From IMG/VR virus record IMGVR_UViG_3300042562_001062, positions 1-54,645 of that record: a DNA stretch of 54,645 bases, one strand, 5' to 3'. This DNA is from a virus. Its lineage: Duplodnaviria > Caudoviricetes. The notes below the pieces were generated by a model. The model saw nothing but the letters and a program-made list of their open reading frames with translations. It searched no databases and was not told the origin of the DNA. The translations under genes were made by a program, and so were the position numbers. Below, in pieces: positions 10,701 through 18,101 of this stretch (position 1 is its first letter; every line of letters starts with the position of its first letter).

Positions 10701-12132
10701 GCAGATTCAGACATTCATCACCGATAAAACGTCGAGTTCGGTTAAGGGCGCGGCGTTCAACGTCGACTTCGACAGCTATGCCAATGCTGAGTTCTCAACA
10801 ACTGCAAGCCCCGGCAGCAGCAGCTTCTATGTCGTGTATAGCGGCGCAGGCTCATCCAAGATCGGTGTGCAAAGCGGTGTAGCGCAATGGTATTCCACCA
10901 CCAATGCCAACCGTGATGCCAAGATAATTTGGCAGAAGTCCACCAACACCGACTTCCAGTTCCTTCGCGGCACGATGACCACGCCACCGGAGCAGGGCAG
11001 CACCGGGGGCACTCCGAAGTTCCATGCCATTGGCCGGGTGTCCGACGACGGCAACAGCTTCGTCTGGGCCAGGGCTTACTGCGACGGATTCCTCTCATTC
11101 AAGGGTGAGATGGGCTACACGCTCAACGGCACAGAGTATGTGTGGGTAACAGACATTCCGTTGACGTGGGCGTTGGACATGTCCTTTGTGTGCGGTGTCG
11201 GTACGGAGCGCCGCCAGTATCAGGTGTATTCGGGCACCACGCTTGTCAAGCAGTGGGACGAGCGATACGCCAACGGGGTAAGCGGAACTTTAAACGAGAC
11301 TCAAAGTCTCTGCGGCGGCGACTGGCTACTCAGCAAGGGGGCGGCTACCGCAGGGGCATTCACCTTGACCTATGACGGTGTAACAACAGGCACGATTGCG
11401 GTCACTGCGACGGCGACAACCGTCAAGAACGCATTGGTGGCACTTGGTAAGGGCGGTACGTCCGAATGGTTTGTGCGTGCCCACCCATCCGGCACCGGGT
11501 GGTACATCAGCCCACCTATAGCTGGGAGGTACGTCAAACCGATCACGTTTACGGTGACTACCGCGCTGACGGGTGGCACACTGTCAATCGCTGAACAAGC
11601 ACCCCGCAAGTGGGGAGCTATCGCCCAGATCAGAAGCGGAACCAGCGGCCCGAAGCACTCTGGCAAGGTGGGCGGCACGTCGGTTACCGACAACGAGACA
11701 CCTGCGCGGAACGGCTCTATTGCCAGAATGTCGCGCACCACCGCAAGCAGCACCTTGGGATTCGTCGGCACGAACGATACAAGCCTCGCAACTTTCTGGG
11801 ACAAAATAGATTACGAAACCTCAGACATTGATGCGAACACCGCTACCGGAACATTCACGGTCAAAGAATCCAAGCCCTACATCATTACCGCACGGGTGAA
11901 GATAGCTTCCACGCTATTAACGAACATCAACTTGAAGCTCCAGGTTAATAGCGTGACTGAGCAAGTTGGCCCAGCGCACTACAACACCAAGGGGTGTGGT
12001 GCGACGTGGGTGCAATACCTGGAAGCGGGGCAATCGGTTCGTTTGGCAATTTCACACGACGGCGGGAACGCCGGAAATGCGTTGGCTGGTGGTGGAACCG
12101 AATCCTATTTCAGCATCAGCGGAGCCGGATAA
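1795..12132 (+). CDS. Giant minor tail / adhesin protein with 12 tandem carbohydrate-binding-like (CBM4/9, galactose-binding fold) modules
   Basis: 3445-aa ORF, ATGA-coupled to the upstream gene. 12 modules each begin GxNLxxNxxFE and end F/VDDxxxREVT. Mycobacteriophage-type minor tail N- and C-terminal regions. Confidence 0.85.
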   Translation: MTDMNIPEWINPVPEGTVGHGPLPGNTQQRDVLSEEQMRQMRDQLLESFVSVVVQAVRGLFVPGPFGAAIEQLEEWSGGIAGEAVLFIETLTGLNINEGSEAFNTSLVQVFETLTGLDINGGPEAFLASITEVFETLTGLNIDEGQEAFLDSVTQALLTKDPEEFVGSLETVLVDGTSTFGTFLNELWKKLTGQELLPGQKKDVAAVATAAGILYDDATSALTLGRDIVSSGANIIKNPGFENVLFQQLGSMYTTAAKRSGNFSLQLVGTGALTASYSLLSDDDANPANVAVTAGDVYLAEVFVKAKSTNTQTSGGVGAIRMHFQPYSQSNVALEDSSIALTPSNALKNGPEPGGWTKMFGYITMPPGAKWLVIKLQLLPGVNLGETYYFDDVQVREVTLAKAGVDAASVAAGAAQTAEGKADTAQGSADKANLGIKDSAAKGASILFDGGFENTFAWEPMPPGAGNGSRSAEQKRSGSYSWKTATGAITRSVSLHVTSDRSLPQMPTSEGKKYYYEAWVYPHANNSHATGSVSLHSRVQLENGTATFPTAASVAPSTLTKGKWQKLSGYITMPDDAVSWYPYLRVDSAVPANDVFYWDDAYVTEVTIAKDATDLALEVISSGANLIKNPSFENIWFQQLGSLFTGLQKRTGSFSLMLTGNQSSTVSYSLLSDDTTQRFLNVQGDDVLYAEVWVRGTTTNSQTSGGTNGIRMLFEPFNSSNQAIALTDNFIGLTASTALNNVAANGGWTKMFGYITMPVGTVKCKVSLQLTSAVKALDSYFFDDVVVREVTLGKKGVDEAALAQGAASTADGKAVIAQDDVNLRAKDFSNLVAGSDFEGTKQPWTLATGWSVATDQKNSGAKSLKRTANATGSYCTLPIVTSALPGEQFYIEFYARRDSTANGTAGGTKLRVGYNTSILLAGISFDPTSIPVNAWTKCFYTVTAPAGTTNLDFSLGADNTAGNVWVDDIVIRRVTKPDEVAALPQDKITGLPTDLGTAIEFAKSGANLITDPSFENATLDASRAALFVGGTWTHDTVRKRSGSRALKCVWGSGQPYILQVPSLRSTDKIATRSGAKYFVSQWVFADSTNSGTNTIGMFLECTDSQGVLPLVYEGYTQAVAENAWVKMETVLTVPAGYDRVRFYMCGVRTGAVAGDDFWFDDLEAYEVTEAVKAQEEAEAARDLSLEVISSGANLIKNPSFESIWFQQLGSLFTPLQKRTGSFSLMLTGNQSSTVSYALLSDNSATRFLNVQGDDVLYAEVWVRGTTTNSQTSGGTDGIRMLFEPFNSSNQAIALTDNFIGLTASTALNNVATNSGWTKMFGYITMPVGTVKCKVSLQLTSAVKALDSYFFDDVVVREVTLGKKGVDEAALAQGAAATAGGRAIAINQNLYGQDTPGTVIPEGKVENLPTVRTTANTAQSIANANIQSGSNLCANPGFENLSFYNSSLYSTEQKRSGTRSLRLAGTGSTNVDAWATIDNAGIVFVPASQGDVFYMEFWIMGRPAAVGPPAVAANVGGGTIQMFMSVYNKDNVGLTFPAINVTGTTALNGVWTKYSTYTPALPADTASMHVRFRLGTTVPATDVYYFDDVVVREVTEGSVAKANAGAADTKAQATVDKVVESVSGVVSSGNTPASVKTSLQDAWSKFWEGLTGNTGSNKLPSDVKAGATLVKTKSDDAFRDAGLADGKAVKAKNAAGISIASGSNLVANASFENFEIPVVGQWAYSTEQARTGTRSAKLTSNGSSNQAIILGTDGDGAELDVLCSPGDIFYVEAWIRGAGTNTATTGSFYISSRFRKKHPTTGVVTLEYLTGEALYPTTSLNNLKTGWAKISGYVTAPADSYGFNPLVIVGSNIAASNHWYVDDVTVREVTTAQATLDNIVQSVTGVTATGNSPVNAQNKLVDAWTEFWRGLNKDQTGTNKRPTDVNTAAAGLRDRANDAFNKGSDAEGKAIVGQGITKSYIESGSNVLPNAGFENTAFFGNELYSLEQKRTGLRSLKMTATGAIQDVTISTDSDSIVSIRGEGGEIYYYEYWMRGGSTVSAGQAGLHLRCVSDTGAVSFVTGYATITTANRNTWGTKYSGYLTLPPSTATFTVVMSVRANVPSGHVLYFDDVVVREVTSAAAINQNLYGQNTPGATIPEGKVEYLPTVRTTANTAQSVASALVASGGNLLANSSFESTSFSLAAVQGSYSTEQARTGTRSLKIISNASSAYGYVTSDLTGTLRIPASAGDIFYVEFYVRGADLNAQTTGGTNGIRLVINFRNAANGSAGSAVVNQLASSALDNVWTKVSGYTTASPAPAGTVGFYAYLELTGAVTSGETYYFDDVVIQRVTEGVAADTKAQATADNIVQSVAGGSSTGNSPATVQTQLVNAWTAFWQGLKKNTPESTETNKRPADVKTAAEVLKTLSDDAFRDAGEADGKAVLAQNNLNLKSQDFTNLLPGSDFESTTQLWPVSLAPATFSIITGVAGVETNTGTKSLRIVGGDTAQRSITFDSVSPNFEVKQGDQLYMELWVRESADYANTDTNDPRFRCIRGTGSVSPGTTIGDIKLLPANIPTANTWTKLSATVTIPAGVPAVQFVFTGPKTSPAMTGTLWVDDIVVRRVTKADEVVRLPATKVAGLPTIGSNICPNNSFEESTFWAGATMFSTEQARTGTRSLKMVANGANQDYWVINDGVSQISRITASPGDSFYIEFWVYGASHNTGTGTISMFITPYTNANVTLTSPGFNYTLSTANKGVWTKVSGTVTIPTSLTTAASISARVRLASNVPVNTSPTLPDTYYFDDFIIREVTVAQATADNIVQSVTGGTSTGNSAASVQTQLVNAWTEFWRGLAKDQTGTNKRPADVNVAAAGVLEIAEDGVRDADAAKGRAIAINQTLFGQDLPGTSIAETRIPTLSLQKIPTLTEDKLPTISQGKVNGLTTDLTGNSTKIQSTVDKIAGALTGSDTVDALVDDAAAALRKTYLTLSDHSRQIQTFITDKTSSSVKGAAFNVDFDSYANAEFSTTASPGSSSFYVVYSGAGSSKIGVQSGVAQWYSTTNANRDAKIIWQKSTNTDFQFLRGTMTTPPEQGSTGGTPKFHAIGRVSDDGNSFVWARAYCDGFLSFKGEMGYTLNGTEYVWVTDIPLTWALDMSFVCGVGTERRQYQVYSGTTLVKQWDERYANGVSGTLNETQSLCGGDWLLSKGAATAGAFTLTYDGVTTGTIAVTATATTVKNALVALGKGGTSEWFVRAHPSGTGWYISPPIAGRYVKPITFTVTTALTGGTLSIAEQAPRKWGAIAQIRSGTSGPKHSGKVGGTSVTDNETPARNGSIARMSRTTASSTLGFVGTNDTSLATFWDKIDYETSDIDANTATGTFTVKESKPYIITARVKIASTLLTNINLKLQVNSVTEQVGPAHYNTKGCGATWVQYLEAGQSVRLAISHDGGNAGNALAGGGTESYFSISGAG
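3643..5919 (+). repeat. Near-identical ~570-bp internal duplication (3643-4215 and 5347-5919) of one tail module
   Basis: Both copies encode LEVISSGANLIKNPSFE...KKGVDEAALAQGAA with few substitutions; offset 1704 bp. Confidence 0.9.
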
Positions 12133-12211
12133 ATCGGCTCTAACCACTATCTGGACGTATAATCGAATTGCAGCCTCTTGCTGCTCATCTTTGAAAGGAG
12201 CCACACTTAAG

Positions 12212-12535
<324 letters not shown>

Positions 12536-12587
12536 GGGTGTTGCATTTCGCAACACCCCCTATGATCGTGGTTGAGTCGGAAAGTAG

Positions 12588-13883
12588 GTGGCGACGTTGA
12601 GTTACGGGCTGCCGGCTGGCACGAACATCACCTACGGATCAGCGGGGTTCCCGCAGTGGGTGTACGACCTCGGCCGCGCATTCAACCTGAAGGCTTCCAC
12701 CTATCCGGGTCATCAGGAAGGGTCACGGGCTGAAACGGGTTTCGCCCCTAATCCTTCTCGGCTGAATCGTGGGATCGACTGGGTTGGCTCCGTCGCAGAC
12801 ATGCAGCGGTTCGCCGACTACCTGCTGTCGGTTCGCACGAACCTTGAGCAGGTCATCTGGGAGAACCCGCAGACCGGCCAGCGGGCCGGTGTGGCTGGCG
12901 GGGATGACGTGACCCGCACCCCCTACTACCAAGGCGACTACGCTGGTCACCGCGACCACGTTCACACAAGGCAGTCCAAGCCGATACCGCTACCGGGAGG
13001 CGTCCCCGTGGGAGCTGTCACCGTGGGAGCCACTACGGGGTGGACCGGAGACCCGACCTGGCTGGAAGATGTTCTACGCAAGGCCCTCGGTGACCGGCTG
13101 GTCGTACACAAAGGGTGGCAGGAGCGCGGCACCGGCGGCGGACCGAACGGGCAGATGGGCAACATCTGGGGTGTGATGATCCATCACACCGGCAGTGACA
13201 GGGAAACGCCCGAACGCATCAGAGATGGTGTCCAGCAGACACCCACCTACTTCCTGCCCGGGCCTCTGTCCCAGTGCCTTATCACCCCTGACGGGAAATG
13301 CCACCTTGTCGCCATCGGACCCTGCAACCACGCCGGGACTGGCTCGTACGCTGGGGTCGGTTCCAACAACGGAAACGAACGCCTGATCGGATTCGAATGC
13401 GCGTGGCCGACTATCCGTCCTGACGGCACATTCGACAAGGCGCAACGGTGGCCCGACGCGCAGATCATCACGATGCGCGATGCGACGGCCGCTGTGCTGG
13501 CTAAGCTTGGCTATAACTCCGGTCATGTGATCGGACACAAGGAGTGGGCGGGTGCTTCGCAAGGCAAGTGGGATCCAGGGAATCTGGACATGGGCTGGTT
13601 CCGCGGCGAGGTCGCTAAGAGTATCCGCGGTGACTTCCAGGTGGTGAAACCGATGAACCCGAAACCGCCCACCGACGACGCCGTTGCGGTGATTGCTCGG
13701 TCTGAGTGGGAGAAGGTGCGGCTCAGCCACATCGAATGGCTGGCGTTCACCTACGGTGACCAGGCAGCGGTCGCCGATCTGGTGACCACAGCCCGAAACG
13801 GCAACACCCAGGCGGTCCGTGCCTTGAACCGATTGGAGCAGGTCAACCCGGCTGCGCTTCAAGTATTCCTATCGAAAGGTTGA
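12588..13883 (+). CDS. lysA: Endolysin (Lysin A): N-terminal peptidase-like domain plus Amidase_2 domain
   Basis: Amidase motifs GVMIHHTG, NHAG, IGFE, GHKEW, KWDPG. N-terminal YPGH...RGID...QVIW...HRDHVH domain. Confidence 0.9.
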   Translation: MATLSYGLPAGTNITYGSAGFPQWVYDLGRAFNLKASTYPGHQEGSRAETGFAPNPSRLNRGIDWVGSVADMQRFADYLLSVRTNLEQVIWENPQTGQRAGVAGGDDVTRTPYYQGDYAGHRDHVHTRQSKPIPLPGGVPVGAVTVGATTGWTGDPTWLEDVLRKALGDRLVVHKGWQERGTGGGPNGQMGNIWGVMIHHTGSDRETPERIRDGVQQTPTYFLPGPLSQCLITPDGKCHLVAIGPCNHAGTGSYAGVGSNNGNERLIGFECAWPTIRPDGTFDKAQRWPDAQIITMRDATAAVLAKLGYNSGHVIGHKEWAGASQGKWDPGNLDMGWFRGEVAKSIRGDFQVVKPMNPKPPTDDAVAVIARSEWEKVRLSHIEWLAFTYGDQAAVADLVTTARNGNTQAVRALNRLEQVNPAALQVFLSKG

Positions 13884-13887
13884 CACC

Positions 13888-14265
13888 ATGCCCCCGAAGG
13901 TTCGACAGATTCTTTACTCGCTCGGCGTGCTTGCATTCGCACTTCTGGCGCTGCTGTCCACACTGCGGATCATCGACGAAACCGTTGCGGCGTCGGTATC
14001 TGCCGCGTTGACCGCTGTCCTCGGGCTGTTCGGTGTGACCGTTTCCGGTGTGGCGTACGGCGCGGTGACCAAGCAGCAGAAGGAGGGCACGTTTAATCAT
14101 CCTTCGCCGGCCGATCAGGTGGTGACCGGACTCAACGCTGTGATTGAGCAGGCCAACAACGCCCAAGCCGAAGTTGACCGGGTGAAGGAAGCGGTGTCGA
14201 CCGCTGTCAGGGATGTGCCGGTTCTGGGGCCGTTGGCGCAGCAGGCTATCGACCGGCTGCCCTGA
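13888..14265 (+). CDS. Holin
   Basis: Directly follows lysin A; two hydrophobic helices (ILYSLGVLAFALLALL; SAALTAVLGLFGVTV) and a soluble C-terminus. Confidence 0.8.
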   Translation: MPPKVRQILYSLGVLAFALLALLSTLRIIDETVAASVSAALTAVLGLFGVTVSGVAYGAVTKQQKEGTFNHPSPADQVVTGLNAVIEQANNAQAEVDRVKEAVSTAVRDVPVLGPLAQQAIDRLP

Positions 14266-14267
14266 TC

Positions 14268-14852
14268 GTGCCGACAGTTCTCACTGTCGGTGCCTTGGAT
14301 TTGGGCGCGGACAAGCTGGTCAACTACATGAAGAAGGTGTGCCGCGGCTACGCGGTGACCGGGGGTCGAACCCAGGTGCAGGTGCGCTATCCGGCGATGC
14401 TCGACCCTTCGGCTGGTGACAAGCCGAGCGGCTCGATTCGGGTCGGTGCCCAACGGCTGGACGCCCTGATCCGCGCCACCCCCGGCCCGAAGGTGGTGCT
14501 GGGCTATTCCCAGGGCGCGCAGGTGGCTGGGACGTGGCTGCGGATGTTCGCCGCTCGCGGTGACGCCCCCGATCCGGCCATGCTTTCGTTTATTTTGATT
14601 GGCAACCCTGAGCGGAAGTACGGCCAGCAGCCCTGGACGTTAAAGACCACCCCCAATCACACCCAGTATTGGGTGCGTGATGTGACCCGGCGGGGCGATA
14701 ACTGGTCGGATTATGACCCTAGGATGCACGGCAAGAACAAGGTGTTGGCGATGTTCGGGTCGGTGCACACGAACTACTGGAACGTGGACTTGGAAGCGCC
14801 TGCCACGGTTATCAAATCGGTGGGTAACACAACCTATGAGGTTGTGCCGTAG
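14268..14852 (+). CDS. Cutinase / PE-PPE-like serine hydrolase (Lysin B-like)
   Basis: GYSQG nucleophile elbow, FILIGNPER motif, late His (SVHTNY); in the lysis cassette. Confidence 0.75.
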   Translation: MPTVLTVGALDLGADKLVNYMKKVCRGYAVTGGRTQVQVRYPAMLDPSAGDKPSGSIRVGAQRLDALIRATPGPKVVLGYSQGAQVAGTWLRMFAARGDAPDPAMLSFILIGNPERKYGQQPWTLKTTPNHTQYWVRDVTRRGDNWSDYDPRMHGKNKVLAMFGSVHTNYWNVDLEAPATVIKSVGNTTYEVVP

Positions 14853-15076
14853 CTGCGGCCGACTTTTCCGTGCCAGTCCTCGACGGTTTCTTGGCGTAGT
14901 CCGAGTTTCATCACCGCGTCGGCCACATGCGCGGCCCATTCCTGAACGGCGGCTTCCCAGCCGTTGTCGGACAATCCGAAATCTTCACCGCACGCGCAGG
15001 TCAGCGCACCGGCGTAATCCCAGTGGTGGTGTTGGGCTTGCACGGCGGCGATGCGGTCACGGAGGCGGTCATTCAT
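14834..15076 (-). CDS. Hypothetical protein (paralog of 41016-41267)
   Basis: Shares LRDRIA and ADAV..(I/L)GLRQETV with the 41 kb gene. Confidence 0.65.
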   Translation of the reverse strand: MNDRLRDRIAAVQAQHHHWDYAGALTCACGEDFGLSDNGWEAAVQEWAAHVADAVMKLGLRQETVEDWHGKVGRSYGTTS

Positions 15077-15488
15077 TGGGGACGTACACCGGGCCGAGAG
15101 TTCTGCGGGCCGGCGGGTCTTTCAGGTAGTTGATGACGCGAACGTAGGCGTCGACTTCGCGGCCCAGCCGCCCCAGCATGATGTTGCAGGGGCCGCAGCA
15201 CAGCCCGAACACTTCGCCGGTGTCGTGGTCGTGTTCGACGGCCAGTCGCCGGACTTTCCCGGTGGCGACCTGGCAGATCGCGCACCGCCCGCCTTGGGTC
15301 TGGTACAGAAGTTCGTATTGTTCGCCGGTCAGGGAGTAGACACGCTCGACCATTCGGCTGTGCGATTGCGCTTTCGCTTTCTTGCGGTGGGCGCGGTGAT
15401 GAGTGGAGCATCGAGGTTTCCGAACACCTGACACGATTTGCCGTTTGGTGATGATGCCTTCGGCTAGGCAGTCGATACAGGCCGTCAT
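15069..15488 (-). CDS. Recombination endonuclease VII family protein
   Basis: QGGRCAIC...LAVEHDHDTGEVFGLCCGPCNIMLG signature. Confidence 0.9.
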   Translation of the reverse strand: MTACIDCLAEGIITKRQIVSGVRKPRCSTHHRAHRKKAKAQSHSRMVERVYSLTGEQYELLYQTQGGRCAICQVATGKVRRLAVEHDHDTGEVFGLCCGPCNIMLGRLGREVDAYVRVINYLKDPPARRTLGPVYVPNE

Positions 15489-15847
15489 GTGTACATCACG
15501 GTGACTTGGGTTTCACTGGCTCGTAGGTCGTTCAGCGCACGGAACGTCGCATGACGATGCCAGACAGCTGGCAGGGTGTTGCGTTCTGCAACACCTTCGT
15601 CCGTTCGGCGTGTGTGAATTACCCCGGCGATACGGGCGGTCTGCGTGATCTTCTCGATTTCCCTGTCAGTGATCTCGGAGACTGTCTCGATCACGGCGAC
15701 GGCTTTGGCGGGGATGGTTTCTTGATCCATCCACCGCAGAATCGTTCGCTGTGTGACGTGAAGCTGGTCGGCCAGCCATCCCGGTGTCAGCCCCAGGCCG
15801 GTGAGCATGACTTTCAGTTCGGCGCCTGACATTGTCGTGTCTGTCAT
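15485..15847 (-). CDS. HTH DNA-binding protein (DUF1870/Aca2-YdiL-like)
   Basis: MSGAELKVMLTGLGLTPGWLADQLHVTQRTILRW helix-turn-helix pattern. Confidence 0.65.
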   Translation of the reverse strand: MTDTTMSGAELKVMLTGLGLTPGWLADQLHVTQRTILRWMDQETIPAKAVAVIETVSEITDREIEKITQTARIAGVIHTRRTDEGVAERNTLPAVWHRHATFRALNDLRASETQVTVMYT

Positions 15848-15916
15848 GATGACATCATATCATGGGTTATGACAAACAGCTTCGCGTGCATTGCAAACAA
15901 CTGTTAGGTGTTGAAT

Positions 15917-16005
15917 GATTGTTGTGCGAGCCGCCCGCTACGGGCGCAGGGTAACGCTGGCACCATAGGGGAACCACCGGTGCCGGGGCGGCTCGCACAA
16001 CAATC
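15917..16005. other. 20-bp perfect inverted repeat enclosing a structured 49-nt loop
   Basis: GATTGTTGTGCGAGCCGCCC (15917-15936) / GGGCGGCTCGCACAACAATC (15986-16005); inner GGCACC...GGTGCC stem. Confidence 0.8.
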
Positions 16006-16006
16006 G

Positions 16007-16228
16007 TTAACCATACTGCCGTGTGAGTCCGACAAGTTTCGGATCAGCAGCTTCCAAAATGGTGATTTCGTAGATCGCGTCCAGGCTTTCACCTGTGCCA
16101 TCGCCGGTGTAACACCACAGCTCGTCCCACATATCGTCCAAGTCCGCGGGAACGGTGTCGTCATCAACCTCATGGATCATCGCGGATTGACGCCCGTTGG
16201 AGTAGGTGTTCTCGCAGGAGATCTTCAT
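16007..16228 (-). CDS. Hypothetical acidic protein
   Basis: 73-aa ORF in the leftward operon. Confidence 0.55.
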   Translation of the reverse strand: MKISCENTYSNGRQSAMIHEVDDDTVPADLDDMWDELWCYTGDGTGESLDAIYEITILEAADPKLVGLTRQYG

Positions 16229-16337
16229 ACGCGAGTCACCTCGTTACACGCCTTGCACAGATCATCCTCCAACAAGCTGGGCGCTTCACCGCACAACGCG
16301 CACGGATGGTCGTCCCACCACCGCTCTTTCGTCCGGC

Positions 16338-16571
16338 TCACTGGACGGCGCTCTGTCTGAAGTTCCAAGCCAGACCGCCCTCGTCACGCCACTCAGGGTC
16401 GACGTACCTGCCGATCGCCCTGAGTTCGCTGTCGACGCTCAACAACCTGGCACCGATGAGCATGGCGGCTTTCGCCCGATCCTCAGGGTTGCCGTCAAGG
16501 TCATCGAACTCTTTGAGCAGCGCGACGAGCCGCTTGGCTTGCTCCACGATGTTAGTTCCGGTCATCAGCAT
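16338..16571 (-). CDS. Hypothetical protein
   Basis: ORF tiles the leftward operon; start uncertain. Confidence 0.55.
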   Translation of the reverse strand: MLMTGTNIVEQAKRLVALLKEFDDLDGNPEDRAKAAMLIGARLLSVDSELRAIGRYVDPEWRDEGGLAWNFRQSAVQ

Positions 16572-16791
16572 CCTCGCTCTCGTCGTCATCCAGGTACGCG
16601 CACACCTCGATCACCAGTTCCCCGTCGTCATTGACTCCCACGACGGTGTAGCTCACATCAGAAGTTGGCGTCGTACCGAAAGCCCGCCCTGACAGCAGAT
16701 CAACAAATCCCGTTGCATCCAAGCCGATGAAATCGCTCAGTTCGACAGTGATGCGCCGCTTGGCCCAGCAGGTCAGCTCAGGCGTTGCCAT
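16552..16791 (-). CDS. Hypothetical protein
   Basis: Strong SD (GAAAGGAGG) before MATPELTCW. Confidence 0.65.
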   Translation of the reverse strand: MATPELTCWAKRRITVELSDFIGLDATGFVDLLSGRAFGTTPTSDVSYTVVGVNDDGELVIEVCAYLDDDESEDADDRN

Positions 16792-17174
16792 TTTGCTTTC
16801 CCTCCTTTCTCGGTAGGTGCTGCGGTGTGCGTGGCGCACTCAGCAGCGGTGTAGGTTTCCAGATGCTTCGGGTCACGGTTGATGCAACCACTGCCATGCT
16901 CAGCGTCGGTGTTGCGATCCGCAACACCCACGAACCGGACGTACACCACACCGCTGCGAGAAACAGCCTCAAATCCAGCGCCGAACGAGACCTGCCTGCC
17001 GCGGGCGATACGGGAAGTCAGCGCCCTAGCCGCCACATACGACGATCCGTTCGTCGGATACACCGCCCAGCAGCCCGGTCGGCCCCTGAGTTCGTCGGCG
17101 AACGCCCGCTGCTCCAAGCGGGTCAGCTTCCCGCCCAGCGGTGCCGGCGGATCAGCCCACTCGATTCCGGTCAC
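16773..17174 (-). CDS. Hypothetical phage protein
   Basis: IEWADPP...LRGRPGCWAV...GFEAVSR..VYVRFVG pattern familiar from actinophages. Confidence 0.65.
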   Translation of the reverse strand: MTGIEWADPPAPLGGKLTRLEQRAFADELRGRPGCWAVYPTNGSSYVAARALTSRIARGRQVSFGAGFEAVSRSGVVYVRFVGVADRNTDAEHGSGCINRDPKHLETYTAAECATHTAAPTEKGGKAKWQRLS

Positions 17175-17536
17175 TGAGGCACCACCTTCACAGCGATACG
17201 CTTCACCTGGCCCCGAGCGGCGCGGACGTACCTGTCGCCGTCACCGCCGAGGACAGCGGCATTCAGCCTGACCCCGCCATCGTCCTTGATCACGACGTAG
17301 ATCCCGGGGAACCGAGGTCCAAGGGTCACCGTTTCCCCGAGTGCGAACACCTGGACAGGGGCAATGACCGGGCCTTTCCCGTCGTCGGGGCGGAGCATCG
17401 CGTGAGGGCAGCGTAACCCGCGGCCCCCGCCCTCCGGCTTCAGGGCGGCGTTCTTCGGGCCGTTCGACTTCACGACCCACACGCCGGGGTGCTTCGCGCT
17501 GTCCACCCGAACCTTCGTGCCTACCGGATACTGCAT
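17171..17536 (-). CDS. Hypothetical protein (tandem SH3/KOW-like halves)
   Basis: SD AAGGAG before MQYPVGTKVRV; two similar halves (PGVWVVK / PGIYVVIK). Confidence 0.65.
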   Translation of the reverse strand: MQYPVGTKVRVDSAKHPGVWVVKSNGPKNAALKPEGGGRGLRCPHAMLRPDDGKGPVIAPVQVFALGETVTLGPRFPGIYVVIKDDGGVRLNAAVLGGDGDRYVRAARGQVKRIAVKVVPQ

Positions 17537-17724
17537 TGTTGTTCTCCTTCTTTTCGTGGGGTGTTGCGGAATGCAACAGTTCTTGTGCTGAGGCGCTGCG
17601 CCCAAGCGATGTGTTCGTCAGCAAGGTGACGGCCGCGAATTGCTGCCAAACGGTGCGCCCGCTGCCACCGGGGTACATGCACCCACGGAAAGTTCAGCAG
17701 GTCATAGAGCCGACCCCAGTTCAC
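17521..17724 (-). CDS. Hypothetical protein
   Basis: GTGA-coupled to the upstream gene. Confidence 0.5.
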   Translation of the reverse strand: MNWGRLYDLLNFPWVHVPRWQRAHRLAAIRGRHLADEHIAWAQRLSTRTVAFRNTPRKEGEQQCSIR

Positions 17725-18101
17725 GGCCTCGTCTCCGGTGGTGGCGGGAAGTTCCCGTACATTCCCCACGGATCACCCTGCAGATACGCGGAGTTCTGAC
17801 GTTCAGCGAGCGCCGCCAACGCTGCTTTCTGGGCACGCGCCTTGACCTTGGCGCGCTGCTTCTCTCGTCGTTCAAGCCAAGTTCCGAAAACCAGCGCTGT
17901 CACACCCACAGCGATCAGGGTGATGTACCAGAACTTGATGGCCAGCGCGACGAAAATCAGAACCACGAAGAAGATGCCGAACAAACCGATGGGCGGCGGC
18001 GAAAGCTGCCTTTCATCGCCGTAGTAGACGTCGCCGTGGATAACATTGACGGCATTGTTATCGCCGACGATGTTGTTGTCGCCGGTGATGTTGATGCCCA
18101 T
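17721..18101 (-). CDS. Membrane protein
   Basis: MGINITGDNN..., hydrophobic segments IGLFGIFFVVLIFVALAIKFWYITLIAVGVTALVFG. Confidence 0.7.
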   Translation of the reverse strand: MGINITGDNNIVGDNNAVNVIHGDVYYGDERQLSPPPIGLFGIFFVVLIFVALAIKFWYITLIAVGVTALVFGTWLERREKQRAKVKARAQKAALAALAERQNSAYLQGDPWGMYGNFPPPPETRP

